Positions 19,602-30,675 are shown, counted from the first letter of the stretch. The stretch is 64,000 nt of DNA from Candidatus Marinacidobacterales bacterium (GCA_965237955.1 OZ250169.1:7104001-7168000); one strand, 5' to 3'. Notes: generated from the sequence alone by a model not told the origin. Numbers and translations are program-made.

Positions 19602-22250
19602 CTACGACCGAAGGCGGATCACGCCCTCCGTCCCGTCTACCTCGACCGTCTGGCCGTCGCGTAGCTTCGATACGACCCTGTCAACCCCTACGACGCACGG
19701 CTTTCCGTACTCGCGCGCGATCACCGCGCCGTGCTGGAGAACCCCACCGACTTCGAGCACGACCGCTGCAGCGTTCACGAAAAGCGGCGTCCAGCCGGGG
19801 TCCGTCGTGTAGGCGACCAGCACGTCCCCCTTCTCGACCGGCTTGTCGCGCGGGTTGCGGAGCACCTTCACCGGCCCCGTCACCGACCCGGGTGACACGG
19901 CCATGCCCACGAGCTCGCCGGGCTTCCCCTCGCGCGGAGGCGGGCGAAGGATTCGGCCGCGCGAGTCGATCACTTGCGGGAACTCCGTCACGTGGGCGGC
20001 GAGCTGCTTCGCGAAGCGCGTCCGCTCCGCGCGGAGCCCGCCGAGGTCCAACGCGGGATCGCGGGCGGCCGCCTCGAGGTCGCGAAACGTCAGGTCGAAG
20101 ACGTCCTCGGCCGCGTCGAGACGCCCCTCGTTCACCAGGCGCTTCCCCTCGATCAGGGCGCGCTTGCGAATCGCGTAGGTGAGCAAGACCGCGTGGTACT
20201 TGGGCGTGTCGCGGGTTCCGCCGAACAGCTCGATGAGTCGGTGGACGCGTCGCAGCAACGCTCGCCGCAGCCAACCCGAGCGGCGCAGCAGCTCTTCGTA
20301 GGCGCGCCGCCGCTCCTCGACGTTGCGCTGGTGCGCGACCTCCGGGTCGAAGCCCGCCTCGTCGACGGCCATGAAGGACATCTGCTGCAGCGCGAGGGTG
20401 GGGTCGTCGGCGTAGCGCGGGCTCGCCACGTCCATCTCGTGCGGGCCGCGACAGCCGAACCGCCGCAGGAAGGCGTCCCACTCGCTCGAGAACTCAGCCG
20501 GCATCTCGCGCTTCTCGATCCGCTCGGCCAGCCCGGTGATGTCATCGAAGTCGGGGCGGTCCAACAGCTTGGCCAGTCGGAACAGCGCGATCCCCTGCTC
20601 GACGACGAGGTTGCCGGTGAAACCCCGCCTTAGCTTCTCGGCCAGGGCCCTCGCCTCCTCCGACTTTCTCGGGATCAAGAAGTCGGGCGAGACCAGCCCG
20701 GCGACTAGCGCCGGCATCGTCACGTTGAACATCTCCCGCCATATGCTTTGCGTGTACGTCCGTGCGAACTCGTCGAGTGGCAGGTCGTAGTCGAGGTTCC
20801 CGGTGAACTCCGCCTCAAAGGCGTCGACCTCCCGCTGGTACGCGCGCCGCGCGCGCGCCGGCGTGAGGAAGGCTCCGAGCGCGCTCCAGAAGAACCCGCG
20901 CAGCAACCAGAGGAGTTCGGGAATGAGCAGCAAGAGTCGGAGTCGCAACCACGGAGGCCGCGCCGCCGCGCGGTGCTGCTTCGGATCGATGTTGGCCAGG
21001 ATCTCTGCCAGCAGCGCGTCGGTGAGGGCGGTGTTCTTCGCCATCGCCCTGGGACTCATCCCTAGCCACATGAAATTGGAGAGGTTCATGTAGAATCGGC
21101 AGCCCGCCGTGAACACCAGACCCCCTGCGGGCGTGAAGTCCTCGACTCCGAGGAGTCTCTTCATCACTCTCGAGTACAACATGTCTTCTATCCAGGCGAG
21201 GCCGAGCGCCGAGATCGGCTCGTTGGTGGTCAGGCCCTTCGAGAGCGCGGCGTCCGCGTACAGCCGCCTGCGTTCGCCTGGGTTCGTCACCATCTCGGGC
21301 GGGAGCGGCACGTAGGTGGTGATGGGGCACGCCTGCAGGACGTGGAGGTGACCATCGGCGTAGGCCCACTCGATGTCCGTCGGGTGCCCGTAGAGCTCCT
21401 CGATGCGACACAGCACGTCGAGGAGCTCGCCGAGCTGGGCCTCACTCAAGGTCAGGTCCGCCCCGCGGTATCCTTCGCGTTCCACCGTGCCCCCGTCGCG
21501 ACCGAGCCAGATCGAGACTTGCTTGGCGCCGAGCTTCTTCTCGACGAGTTTGGCACTCACCTTGTCCACGACGAAGTGGTCGGGCGACGCAAGCCCTGCG
21601 ACGACCGACTCGCCGAGCCCCCAGTTCGCGTCGATGACGGCCTCGTCGTAGTCGTTCGTGAGCGGGTTGAGCGAGAAGCCCACGCCGGACACCTCGCTGT
21701 CGATTTGCTGCTGCACGACCACGGCGATATGCGGAGAGAGCACGTCGAAGTCCTGCTCAGCCTTGTACACGAGTACGCGCTCATCGAGGCTAGAGGCAAA
21801 GCAGAGTCGGACGGCGTCCTCCAGACTCTTAAGGTGCACCCCCAGGCGGGTCTCGTAGCCGCCCGCAAACGACGCCGACGCCAGGTCTTCCTCGGGCGAG
21901 GACGAGCGCACCGCGAACAGCGCGTCGTCGCCCAGCGCACGGAGGTTCTTGCGCAGGTCCGCCAGAGCTTGCCGCTGAGTCGCCGTCAGCGGGAGGGTCG
22001 GGCAGAGCCCCTTCAGCTCGTTGCAGAGGATCGCCCACTTGTCGGGCGTCGCCTCCGACAGCGCCGTCCACGTCGAGGACGCCCGAATCTCGTCGAACCA
22101 GGGCGCGAAGAACTCCGTGGTGAGTACGGCGCCGGGCGGAACGGGCAAGCCCGCCTCGAGCATCCGGATCAGCGAATAAGCCTTGCCGCCGACCTCCGCG
22201 ACGGTCGTCTGCTCGGTGCCGGGAAACGAAACGACCAGGGTCACGTCCAT
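19602..22250 (-). CDS. PEP-utilizing enzyme, PPDK_N + swivel His domain (rifampicin phosphotransferase-like architecture)
   Basis: VGGKAYSL, AVRSSSPEEDLASASFAG, ANWGLGESVVAG, DIEWA, TDPGWTPLF, GGVLQHGAVIAREYGKP. Confidence 0.85.
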   Translation of the reverse strand: MDVTLVVSFPGTEQTTVAEVGGKAYSLIRMLEAGLPVPPGAVLTTEFFAPWFDEIRASSTWTALSEATPDKWAILCNELKGLCPTLPLTATQRQALADLRKNLRALGDDALFAVRSSSPEEDLASASFAGGYETRLGVHLKSLEDAVRLCFASSLDERVLVYKAEQDFDVLSPHIAVVVQQQIDSEVSGVGFSLNPLTNDYDEAVIDANWGLGESVVAGLASPDHFVVDKVSAKLVEKKLGAKQVSIWLGRDGGTVEREGYRGADLTLSEAQLGELLDVLCRIEELYGHPTDIEWAYADGHLHVLQACPITTYVPLPPEMVTNPGERRRLYADAALSKGLTTNEPISALGLAWIEDMLYSRVMKRLLGVEDFTPAGGLVFTAGCRFYMNLSNFMWLGMSPRAMAKNTALTDALLAEILANIDPKQHRAAARPPWLRLRLLLLIPELLWLLRGFFWSALGAFLTPARARRAYQREVDAFEAEFTGNLDYDLPLDEFARTYTQSIWREMFNVTMPALVAGLVSPDFLIPRKSEEARALAEKLRRGFTGNLVVEQGIALFRLAKLLDRPDFDDITGLAERIEKREMPAEFSSEWDAFLRRFGCRGPHEMDVASPRYADDPTLALQQMSFMAVDEAGFDPEVAHQRNVEERRRAYEELLRRSGWLRRALLRRVHRLIELFGGTRDTPKYHAVLLTYAIRKRALIEGKRLVNEGRLDAAEDVFDLTFRDLEAAARDPALDLGGLRAERTRFAKQLAAHVTEFPQVIDSRGRILRPPPREGKPGELVGMAVSPGSVTGPVKVLRNPRDKPVEKGDVLVAYTTDPGWTPLFVNAAAVVLEVGGVLQHGAVIAREYGKPCVVGVDRVVSKLRDGQTVEVDGTEGVIRLRS

Positions 22251-22458
22251 ACCTTCGCGCTCGGTTCCAGGAACGCCCGGGCCTTCTCGACTATACGGAT
22301 ACCGTTCCTGACATCGTCGTCACCGCGGAAACGGTTCTGACCGTATCAAAGTCTCATCCTTTATTTGCCGCAAAGCGGCGCCGAGGATCGCGACTCCGTA
22401 AAGGCTAACGAGGAGCCGGCGTCTTGTCTAAGTTTATCGAGGTCGCGAAATCGCGTGA

Positions 22459-23547
22459 TCACTTTTTCTGGTCGCGCCGAAGCTGGGCCTCCAACACGAG
22501 CTGCGTGGTCGTTCGGACTCTCCGAGCGCTCGCGGGAATTCTGCAGGGAATGAAGTGGAACCGACCGCGACGAGCGACGACGAGGCGGAACGCCGCCTCC
22601 TCCTCGGTGAGGCCTTCTGAAAAGCACCGGCAAATCCGCCCCTCCAGCAGTTGAATCTCCCCGGTGTACGGTCCTTTGACATAGAGAACGCCGGTGGCTC
22701 GCGCGGCTTCCAGTATCTGCAGCACGTCGGCGTTGTCGAAGTACCCGAGGTTTCCCGATAGCTCGACATTCCCGCTCAGATAACGCTCGGAATCGATAGC
22801 AGCGAGCTTCGGAGCGAGAGCCGTCTCGGACGCATCGCTCCATTCGATCGGCTCGACGCGATCCAAACTCGGAATGTCGAGCCATGCGTCGAAATCGTGG
22901 CCCGGTACATCGAGCTCATGGGCTTGTCGAAGCGGCACCGATTCCCGGGCTAGCTCCGGGACTCTGGCAGACTCGATTGGCTCCGCGAGCAAAGGCGCTT
23001 CGAGCACAGGATCCGTAAGCAAATCCACACGATCATCATCGACTTCCGCGGGCGAGCGTTCGGCGCGGAACATGATCTGTAAGTCCGGATCGGAGTCGGA
23101 GTCCCAGATTAGTCCTTCGATAGGAGCGCCTGCGGGAGGAATGACCGCGCGGCCCTCGGTGCCGCCGAGACGACGAATCAACTTCCTAGTGAACGGTGAT
23201 AGCTGGGTGAAAAGGATGCCGTGGGTGCAATCGAAGGACTCGCGCGGGCGTCGGGTGTTCTCGCGCCAGACGATGCGCGCTTCGGCCCGGAACAGAAAGG
23301 AATACCCGTTGCGAACGTTGATGGTCACGACTCCGCCACTATCGAGCGCAGTGTCGGTGCGGACGCACGCGCCCAGCTCCGAGAGGTCTTTGATGTCTCC
23401 ATGGACCAAAGGAGCGGCCCTGCCGGCGAGAAACATCGACAGGTGGTTTTTGGGGACGAAGCGCGGTGAGGTTCTCGACTCGTCTCGAAAGGAATCCCCA
23501 TGGGCCATAACAGTTTCCAGGTTTTGAATAGCCAGAACGAGGGCCAC
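22459..23547 (-). CDS. PilZ domain + DUF4388 protein (start possibly 23508)
   Basis: RTSPRF and DLSELGA PilZ motifs; C-terminal LSGNLGYFDNADVLQILEAARATGVLYV..GRFHF. Confidence 0.8.
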   Translation of the reverse strand: MALVLAIQNLETVMAHGDSFRDESRTSPRFVPKNHLSMFLAGRAAPLVHGDIKDLSELGACVRTDTALDSGGVVTINVRNGYSFLFRAEARIVWRENTRRPRESFDCTHGILFTQLSPFTRKLIRRLGGTEGRAVIPPAGAPIEGLIWDSDSDPDLQIMFRAERSPAEVDDDRVDLLTDPVLEAPLLAEPIESARVPELARESVPLRQAHELDVPGHDFDAWLDIPSLDRVEPIEWSDASETALAPKLAAIDSERYLSGNVELSGNLGYFDNADVLQILEAARATGVLYVKGPYTGEIQLLEGRICRCFSEGLTEEEAAFRLVVARRGRFHFIPCRIPASARRVRTTTQLVLEAQLRRDQKK

Positions 23548-23658
23548 AGCCGCTCTGGACGAGCCGCCGCCTCGTGCGCCAATAACAGAAACGCAGTGCT
23601 GGGGAGATGCAACCTACTCGTTTTGGCGCCCCATTGTCAAATCGAAGTTTGGAACCGG

Positions 23659-23674
23659 TGCAATGCTCGTGCCT
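23659..23674 (-). promoter_or_regulatory. Putative sigma-54 (-24/-12) promoter for the PilZ/DUF4388 gene
   Basis: Minus strand AGGCACGAGCATTGCA matches TGGCACG-N4-TTGC with correct GG-N10-GC spacing. Confidence 0.6.
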
Positions 23675-23737
23675 CGACCTCACCCTCATACGCCAGTTTG
23701 ATAGGATTCCGCCACTCAACCGCAGGAGGTGTTCACA

Positions 23738-24007
23738 ATGAAGATGTTCGCATTTCTGTTTGTGAGTTTCGCGATATACCCAGGCCATCCGAACGGGAGC
23801 GCCCGGATCAGACTGGACGCATATGCGTATTTTCCGGCTCGAGAGCTTCGCGAGCTGGGATGCTTTTTCCGCCGGCCTCGATGCCGCCACGAAACGTGTT
23901 TACCCGGCGAGGCCGAGCGACGTGAGCTCATGGCGCCCGGGCCCGGCCTGCGTGATCTGGTGCGCCAGGAAATCTGGCGTGAGCAAACCCTTTCGGGCTC
24001 GAGCTGA
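23738..24007 (+). CDS. Small hypothetical protein
   Basis: AGGAGG RBS before ATG; hydrophobic N-terminus; no recognisable family. Confidence 0.4.
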   Translation: MKMFAFLFVSFAIYPGHPNGSARIRLDAYAYFPARELRELGCFFRRPRCRHETCLPGEAERRELMAPGPGLRDLVRQEIWREQTLSGSS

Positions 24008-24102
24008 GTCCGAGAGGCTCGAAGCAAGGAGCGAGCCGTTCGCGCAAGTTAGCAGGCGCGATACGGTGGGTCGTTCTTGGGGCATGGGACACTTCGGAGA
24101 CT

Positions 24103-25293
24103 TCAGCTTTCGCGAAGTGCGGACGCGATCGGCAAACGCGCCGCACGGATGGCCGGGAAGAGCCCACCGACGAGGCCGATGAGAGCGGCGTAGGTGATCG
24201 CCATCACCAGAAGCGCAGGCGTCACGTCGAACGCGAAGGCCACCTGCGAGAAACTCTGAAAGTTCATCGTCGCGGTGCGGAAGCCGTCGAAGGCGAAATA
24301 CGCCACCGCCGCCCCGAAGACGCCACCTATTAGTGCGAGAACGAGCGCTTCGACCAGCACCGAGATCACCACGGGACCATTTGCGAAACCCAGGGCGCGC
24401 AGTGTCGCGATCTCCCGCGTGCGTGCCGAGACCGCGCTGTACATCGTGTTGATCGCCCCGAGAACAGCGCCGAGGCCCATCATGCCCGCAATGATCGCAC
24501 CCAGCACCGAGACGAGCGTCGTGATGGCTTCGGACTGCGCTTCATAATATTCATCCTGGCGTACGACTTTCACGTTCAGCCGGGGGTCCGCGGTGAGACG
24601 GTCCTTGAACCCTTGAAATGCGTCTGGACTCTCGAGCTTGGCATAGACCGCCTGAAACGAGCTGCCGCGACGATACGCAGGCTGTAGGACACCCGCATCC
24701 GTCCAGATCTCCGATTCGGAAATGCTACCGTTCGCCGCAAAGACACCGACGATCTCCCAGTTCTCCCGCCCAACCGGTATCGTACCGCCCAGATCGAGCC
24801 CAGCGAACTCTCTGACGGCACCCACGCCGACGATGACTTCGTTCTTCCCCCACTCGAAAGCGCGGCCATCGATGATCTCGACGTCAGTGCGCACACCGAA
24901 CGCCATGGGCTCGACGCCTCTGAGCGGCACGTTAGCGTCCGTGCCAGTGGAGCGCTTGGGAACGTTGATGATCACGAACAGCTCCGCCGATGCCACCGCT
25001 CCGTCGCTGCTGCGCGCGATGCCTTCGGTGTCGGCGATGATTCGAGTTTGATCGCGAGAAAGACCACTCATCATTTCCGAGTCCGCGCCACTCCGCAGAA
25101 CCAGCGCGGTATCCGCACTTCCTGACGCCTCCATCACCTGACGATATCCCTGGCCGATCGAGAGCACGCCGACGAGGACCGCAACGACGCCGGCAATCCC
25201 GAAAATGGCGGACGCCGAGGAGCCCTTGCGCTCTCCGATCGATTGAGCGTTGAACTGAATCAGGGCGAAGAGCTGTGCGAACCAACTGATCAT
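24103..25293 (-). CDS. ABC transporter permease (FtsX/MacB type)
   Basis: NTMYSAVSARTREIATLRALGF, GGLFPAIRAARL. Confidence 0.92.
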   Translation of the reverse strand: MISWFAQLFALIQFNAQSIGERKGSSASAIFGIAGVVAVLVGVLSIGQGYRQVMEASGSADTALVLRSGADSEMMSGLSRDQTRIIADTEGIARSSDGAVASAELFVIINVPKRSTGTDANVPLRGVEPMAFGVRTDVEIIDGRAFEWGKNEVIVGVGAVREFAGLDLGGTIPVGRENWEIVGVFAANGSISESEIWTDAGVLQPAYRRGSSFQAVYAKLESPDAFQGFKDRLTADPRLNVKVVRQDEYYEAQSEAITTLVSVLGAIIAGMMGLGAVLGAINTMYSAVSARTREIATLRALGFANGPVVISVLVEALVLALIGGVFGAAVAYFAFDGFRTATMNFQSFSQVAFAFDVTPALLVMAITYAALIGLVGGLFPAIRAARLPIASALRES

Positions 25294-25303
25294 GACGAGA
25301 GCC

Positions 25304-26458
25304 TCAAAGCCGCCTGAGCGCATCCGCGATGCGTAGCCGACGGGCCTGGAGCGCGGGAAGCAATCCCGTGACGAGCCCGAGTGCCAAGACGAGTCCCACG
25401 CCGAGGACAACGTCTCGACGGGGGAAATAAAAGAGCGGGAGCCAGCCGCCGGTCGGATCGCCGGCGGAAACGAGAAGGCCCGCGATACCTAGCCCGGTGA
25501 GTCCGCCGAGCACCGCGATCGTCACCGACTCCCCGAGGACCAAGCCCAAAACCTGAGTGTCGGTGAATCCCACCGCCTTGAGGACGGCGAGCTCGCCGGT
25601 GCGCTCTCGTACCGACTGCGCCATCGTGTTCCCCGCTACCAGCAGAATCGTGAAGAACACGGCGCTGATGATCGCCGTGATCATCGCGCCGATGTTCCCG
25701 ATCTGCTCCGCGAAACCGGTGAGAAAAGCACCCTCGGTCTCCGCTTTCGTCTCGGCGGGCGAGTTCGCAAACATATCGTCGATCTCGCGCGCAACGCGAG
25801 CGGAGTCGTCGGGATCCTCGACCCGCACGACGTACCAGCTCACTTGGCCACGGAGGAATTGACGCGCTTCATCGAAGTAGTCGTAGTGGAAGAACAGCTG
25901 AGCGGTGTCGGTCCCCTGTTCGGCGCCGTCGTAGATGCCGACGATATCGAACTCCCACGTCAATTCGTTGCCGCTCTTGGGCCAGATCGTCGCCTGGATT
26001 GGAATCTTGTCTCCGATCTCGAAGCCGAAGCGCTCCGCAGTGGTGCGGCCTATTATCGCGCCGGTGCGAGTCCGGAACCACGCCTCCTTCTGCTCCTCCG
26101 GGAGGAGAAACTCGGGATACATCGCGAGGTACTCCTCGGGTTTGACGGGAAGCTGCGCAAAGAAGTTTCTCGGTTCTTGGTAGATGCCGCCGAACCACGT
26201 CGCGTGGGTCGCGTCGGCCACACCCTCGATCTGCTCCATGTCCGCCTCGTAGCTCACGGGAAGAAACTGGATGATCGAGACCTTGTGGCGCACCACGAGT
26301 CGATCCGCGCCGGCGACGTCGACGCCCTGGCTGAACGCCTGCTTGATCGCGGCCAAGTACCCGAACAAAGTAAAGGCGACGACGATCGACGCCAGGGTCA
26401 GGATCGTGCGGACCTTCTTCCTCTTGAAACTACTCCACACCAGACTCAGAAACTTCAT
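25304..26458 (-). CDS. ABC transporter permease (FtsX/MacB type)
   Basis: NTMAQSVRERTGELAVLKAVGF. Confidence 0.92.
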   Translation of the reverse strand: MKFLSLVWSSFKRKKVRTILTLASIVVAFTLFGYLAAIKQAFSQGVDVAGADRLVVRHKVSIIQFLPVSYEADMEQIEGVADATHATWFGGIYQEPRNFFAQLPVKPEEYLAMYPEFLLPEEQKEAWFRTRTGAIIGRTTAERFGFEIGDKIPIQATIWPKSGNELTWEFDIVGIYDGAEQGTDTAQLFFHYDYFDEARQFLRGQVSWYVVRVEDPDDSARVAREIDDMFANSPAETKAETEGAFLTGFAEQIGNIGAMITAIISAVFFTILLVAGNTMAQSVRERTGELAVLKAVGFTDTQVLGLVLGESVTIAVLGGLTGLGIAGLLVSAGDPTGGWLPLFYFPRRDVVLGVGLVLALGLVTGLLPALQARRLRIADALRRL

Positions 26459-27192
26459 GCAACCGCCTCCTCGCTGAGCCTGCCTTCGTTCAGATAGAGC
26501 GTACGCGTCGCACGAACGGCAGCGTGGGGATCGTGCGTGACCAAGATGATGGTCTTCCCGTGGTCCTTGTTGAGAGCCTGCAACAGATCGAGGATCTCGT
26601 CGCCGTTTTTTCGATCCAGATCGCCCGTGGGCTCATCAGCCAGAAGCAGCGTCGGATCGGAGACGATCCCTCTCGCGATGCCGACTCTCTGCTGCTCACC
26701 ACCCGAGAGCGCCCGAGGGAGGTGTTTTTTCCGATGAGAGAGTCCGACGATATCGAGCACGGTATCCACGTGCTTCTTACGCTCGGCGCGAATAAGATGC
26801 GTGAGCAACAGCGGAAGCTCCACGTTTCGCTCGGTGGTCAGCACCGGGAGCAAGTTGTAAAACTGGAACACGAACCCGATGTGTCGTGCGCGCCACGCCG
26901 CGAGTTTCGACCGCGACAGCTGATCGATGCGGTCTCCGGCCACCGTGACCGATCCCGCGGAGGGGCGGTCGATGCCCCCGATCAAGTTGAGAAGGGTGCT
27001 TTTTCCCGAGCCGGATGGACCCATCAGCGCGAGAAACTCACCTTGGGGTACTTCGAGATCGAGCTTCTCGAGCACGTGGATCTCTTCCGAGCCACGCCGA
27101 AAGTACTTGGTCGCACCCTCGACCCGTACCAGGGTCTCGAAAACCTCGGGGGCTGTCTCTTCGCTCTGCGCGAGTGCGCTGTCACTGCTCAT
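26455..27192 (-). CDS. ABC transporter ATP-binding protein
   Basis: [30 protein letters not shown]. Confidence 0.95.
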   Translation of the reverse strand: MSSDSALAQSEETAPEVFETLVRVEGATKYFRRGSEEIHVLEKLDLEVPQGEFLALMGPSGSGKSTLLNLIGGIDRPSAGSVTVAGDRIDQLSRSKLAAWRARHIGFVFQFYNLLPVLTTERNVELPLLLTHLIRAERKKHVDTVLDIVGLSHRKKHLPRALSGGEQQRVGIARGIVSDPTLLLADEPTGDLDRKNGDEILDLLQALNKDHGKTIILVTHDPHAAVRATRTLYLNEGRLSEEAVA

Positions 27193-28406
27193 GGACTCGT
27201 TACCTCCACTTCGTCCCCGTCGGCGAGATCCGACGGTCCCTGCACGACGACACGCTCGCCGCCTTCGATTCCCGCCATCACCAAAGCTTCTTCGCCCTCG
27301 CCCGGGTTCAGCCGCACGGCACGCCGCTCGACGCGATCGCGGTTGACCACGAACACCACATCGGTGCCGTCATCGCGACGCACTGCCTCTCTTGGTATAG
27401 CTACGGCTCGCTGGCCAACCTGTTCCGTTTGATCTTCCCGAAACGCGACTTTGACGCCCATATCGGGAAGAACGCGGGGATCGAGCTCCTCGAAGCCGAT
27501 GCGAACACGCACCGTGGCCCGATCCCGATCCGCCGTGGGGACGATGGCGATGACGTGACACGGGATTTTCCAATCCGGGTACGCGTCCAGAGCCGCCTCG
27601 ACTTCTTGTCCCGCGCGAACTCTATTAATGTAGCTCTCGTTGACGTCGACTTCGATTTCGAGCGATTCCATATCGACGACGGTACCAATTCCGGTGCGCG
27701 TGAACCCGCCCCCGGCGCTCACGGGTGAGATCATCTCGCCCGGCTGGGCGTCTTTCGTCGTGACGACGCCGGAAAACGGGGCACGGATGATGGTGTCTTC
27801 GAGCTGCTGTTTCCACACCGCGACCCGGCTCTCGGCGACGGATTCCTCTTCGCGTTGGCGGCCGAGACGCGCTTCGAGCGAATCGGCCTCGGCCTGGACG
27901 GCGTCGAGCGCCGCCTGGCTCAAGACTTCATCGTCGACCAGAGCCGTCGTCCGGTCGAGCCGCAACTTCACTTCGACCAGTAGGGCCTGGGTTTCGTTAC
28001 GCGCCGTTTTCGCGGCCCGTAACTCCGCCTCGGCGAGATGCAAGCCCGTCTGGACATTCGAAGCATCGAGTCGCGCGACGACCTGACCCTTCTCCACGCG
28101 CATGCCCTCCTCGATGAGGACTTCGAGCACCCTCGCCGTCACTTTGGACGACACGGTGGCCTTGGTGCGCGCCGTGACATACCCCGACGCGTTCAACACA
28201 GTTTGTGCCCCGTCGAGCGACGTTTCGCGAGCGACGCTCACCACGACGACTTTGCCGGGCGGTTTCATCAACCACCACGCCAAACCGCCGATCGCGGCAA
28301 CAGGAATGAGGATGAAGAGAAGGATCCACATCCACGAACGGGAGCGCGAGTCGTCTACGCCACTGCGATCGATCTTCAGGCCGTCAAGGCTGGTCTTTTC
28401 GGTCAT
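27189..28406 (-). CDS. Efflux periplasmic adaptor (membrane fusion protein)
   Basis: N-terminal [34 protein letters not shown]. Confidence 0.92.
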   Translation of the reverse strand: MTEKTSLDGLKIDRSGVDDSRSRSWMWILLFILIPVAAIGGLAWWLMKPPGKVVVVSVARETSLDGAQTVLNASGYVTARTKATVSSKVTARVLEVLIEEGMRVEKGQVVARLDASNVQTGLHLAEAELRAAKTARNETQALLVEVKLRLDRTTALVDDEVLSQAALDAVQAEADSLEARLGRQREEESVAESRVAVWKQQLEDTIIRAPFSGVVTTKDAQPGEMISPVSAGGGFTRTGIGTVVDMESLEIEVDVNESYINRVRAGQEVEAALDAYPDWKIPCHVIAIVPTADRDRATVRVRIGFEELDPRVLPDMGVKVAFREDQTEQVGQRAVAIPREAVRRDDGTDVVFVVNRDRVERRAVRLNPGEGEEALVMAGIEGGERVVVQGPSDLADGDEVEVTSP

Positions 28407-28477
28407 ATCCCCCGCTAACCCTCACCTTATAGACATGGGAGTGCAGGGATCAAGCTCTCCGCTTCAAAAAGTTAAGC

Positions 28478-29713
28478 TCAAACGACGCCGTCCCGCCGTA
28501 ACTCGTCGAGCTCCTCGGAGCTCATGCCCAACATCCCTTGGTAAACCTCTTCATTGTGGGCTCCGAGCTCTGGGCCTACCCAGCTCGTTCCGCCCGGGGA
28601 CTCGGTGAGCTTCGGGACCATATTGGGAAGCTTGACCTCGGTGCCGTCCGCCAGACTCGCTGTTTCGAACATCTCTCTCGCCTTGAAGTGTTCGTCCTCG
28701 ACGATGTCTTCCATGCTGTAGATGGGGCCGGCGGGCACTCGAGCCTTTTCGAGCGATGCGAGCGCCTCCGAAAACGTGTGCCGTGACGCCCATGCGGCGA
28801 TGGCGCGGTCGATCTCCTTTTCGTGCTGGACGCGGCCGTCGTTTTGCTCCAGCCGCGGATCGGAAGCTAGGTCTTCGCGTCCGGCCGCCCGCATGAGGCG
28901 TTTGAAGATGCTGTCTCCATTGCCACCGATAATGATGTACTTGCCGTCGCGACACTCGTAAGTGTTCGACGGAACGATGCCGGAGAGCTTAGAGCCCTGT
29001 CGCTCGCGCACCTCCCCGAGGAGGTCGAACTCCGGGAGCGCGCTCTCCATCATGTTGAACACTGCTTCGTAGATGGCGACGTCGACGACTTGACCTTTGC
29101 CGTCGCCACCATGCTCCCGATGATAAAGCGCGGTGAGTAGGCCGAGGGCAGCGTGCAGCCCGGCGATGGTGTCACCAAGGCTCAAGTTGGAGCGCACCGG
29201 CGGTCTATCGGGATAGCCGGTGACATACCTCAGACCGCCAACGCCCTCGGCGACGGACGCGTAGCCAGGCTCGGCACTCCGCGGTCCCGTCTGCCCCCAC
29301 CCCGACACCCGCACCATGATGAGACCCGGATTCTCAGCCTTCAGCTCATCGTGGCCGAGCCCCCATTTCTCGAGCGTCCCGGGCTTGAAGTTCTCCAATA
29401 GCCCATCCACTTTGGTGGCAAGCGATCTCGCGATCTCCTGCCCTCGTGGATCGCGGAGGTTGAGGGTAATGCTCATTTTGTTGCGCCCCATGATCGCCCA
29501 CCACAGGGACGTACCGCCGTGCATGCCGCGCCACGCTCGGAGCGCATCGCCTTTACCGGGGGGTTCGATTTTGATGACTTCGGCTCCGAACCACGCCAGG
29601 AGAGTCGCCGCGAACGGGCCGGCGAGAAGCTGCCCCATCTCGAGAATCTTGAGTCCTGACAACGGGGACGGGTGAGACTTCGCTTCCGTCATGGGCATCG
29701 ACTCCTTCGGCAT
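28478..29713 (-). CDS. CaiB/BaiF family III CoA transferase
   Basis: PLSGLKILEMGQLLAGPFA, GAEVIKIEPP, ENFKPGTLEKWGLG, SGWGQTGP. Confidence 0.93.
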   Translation of the reverse strand: MPKESMPMTEAKSHPSPLSGLKILEMGQLLAGPFAATLLAWFGAEVIKIEPPGKGDALRAWRGMHGGTSLWWAIMGRNKMSITLNLRDPRGQEIARSLATKVDGLLENFKPGTLEKWGLGHDELKAENPGLIMVRVSGWGQTGPRSAEPGYASVAEGVGGLRYVTGYPDRPPVRSNLSLGDTIAGLHAALGLLTALYHREHGGDGKGQVVDVAIYEAVFNMMESALPEFDLLGEVRERQGSKLSGIVPSNTYECRDGKYIIIGGNGDSIFKRLMRAAGREDLASDPRLEQNDGRVQHEKEIDRAIAAWASRHTFSEALASLEKARVPAGPIYSMEDIVEDEHFKAREMFETASLADGTEVKLPNMVPKLTESPGGTSWVGPELGAHNEEVYQGMLGMSSEELDELRRDGVV

Positions 29714-29742
29714 GTCGTCCGAGGGTATTATAGTGACCGCCG

Positions 29743-30675
29743 ATGAAGCTGCCGAAGAAAGTCAACATCGTGGACGTCGGACCTCGCGACGGTTTTCAAA
29801 CGGAGCAGGCGTTCATCCCGACGGATTTGAAGATCCGCGTCATCGATGCGATCTCCCGGTCGGGAGTCCGCAAAATCGAGACGACCTCGTTCGTCAGTCC
29901 CAAAGCCGTCCCCCAGATGGCCGACGCGCGCGAAGTATTGCACCAGATTCAACGAGCGAAAGGTGTACGCTACACGGTCCTCGTTCCCAACACCCGGGGC
30001 GCGGAGCTCGCCGGCGAAGAAGACATCGACGGGATCCGGCTCGTCGTCTGCGCCAGCGAGACCTTCAACCAGAGAAACGTGCGCATGTCCGTCGACGATT
30101 CGGTACGAGAGTGCGAAGCGATCGTCGAGATCGCGTCGAGACGAAACGTTCCGGCAGAAGTTGCCATCGGCGTCGCGTTTGCCTGCCCTTTTGAGGGCCC
30201 CACTCCCGAAGATCGCGTCTTGGACCTCGCGCGGACGTTCGCGCGTATGGGAATTCGGGAGCTCTCGATCGCCGACACCGTGGGGATGGCGAACCCGAAA
30301 CAGATAACCCGGCTCATGACACGGTTGCAAGAAGAGCTCGGAGGCGACGTCGAGCTTTCGCTCCACATTCACAACACGCGTGGGCTTGGATTCGCCAACG
30401 TCCTCGCTGGACTTCAAGTGGGGATCGATACCTACGACGCCTCGATCGGCGGCTTGGGCGGATGTCCGGTGACTCCCGCCGCGACCGGCAACATCCCGAC
30501 CGAAGACCTCGTCAACATGTGCGAGGAGATGAACCTCGAGACCGGGATCGACATCGACCGAGTGATGGAGGCCTCACACATCATGGAAGACTTTCTCGGA
30601 CGGCGCCTACCGAGTCACGTCCTCCTTTCGGGGACGAACCAGCAAAGCTTCGAGCGCCATTCGCGCTCGCGATGA
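29743..30675 (+). CDS. Hydroxymethylglutaryl-CoA lyase family
   Basis: DVGPRDGFQ, SFVSPKAVPQMAD, ADTVG, LHIHNTRG, GGLGGCP, GNIPTEDLV. Confidence 0.93.
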   Translation: MKLPKKVNIVDVGPRDGFQTEQAFIPTDLKIRVIDAISRSGVRKIETTSFVSPKAVPQMADAREVLHQIQRAKGVRYTVLVPNTRGAELAGEEDIDGIRLVVCASETFNQRNVRMSVDDSVRECEAIVEIASRRNVPAEVAIGVAFACPFEGPTPEDRVLDLARTFARMGIRELSIADTVGMANPKQITRLMTRLQEELGGDVELSLHIHNTRGLGFANVLAGLQVGIDTYDASIGGLGGCPVTPAATGNIPTEDLVNMCEEMNLETGIDIDRVMEASHIMEDFLGRRLPSHVLLSGTNQQSFERHSRSR

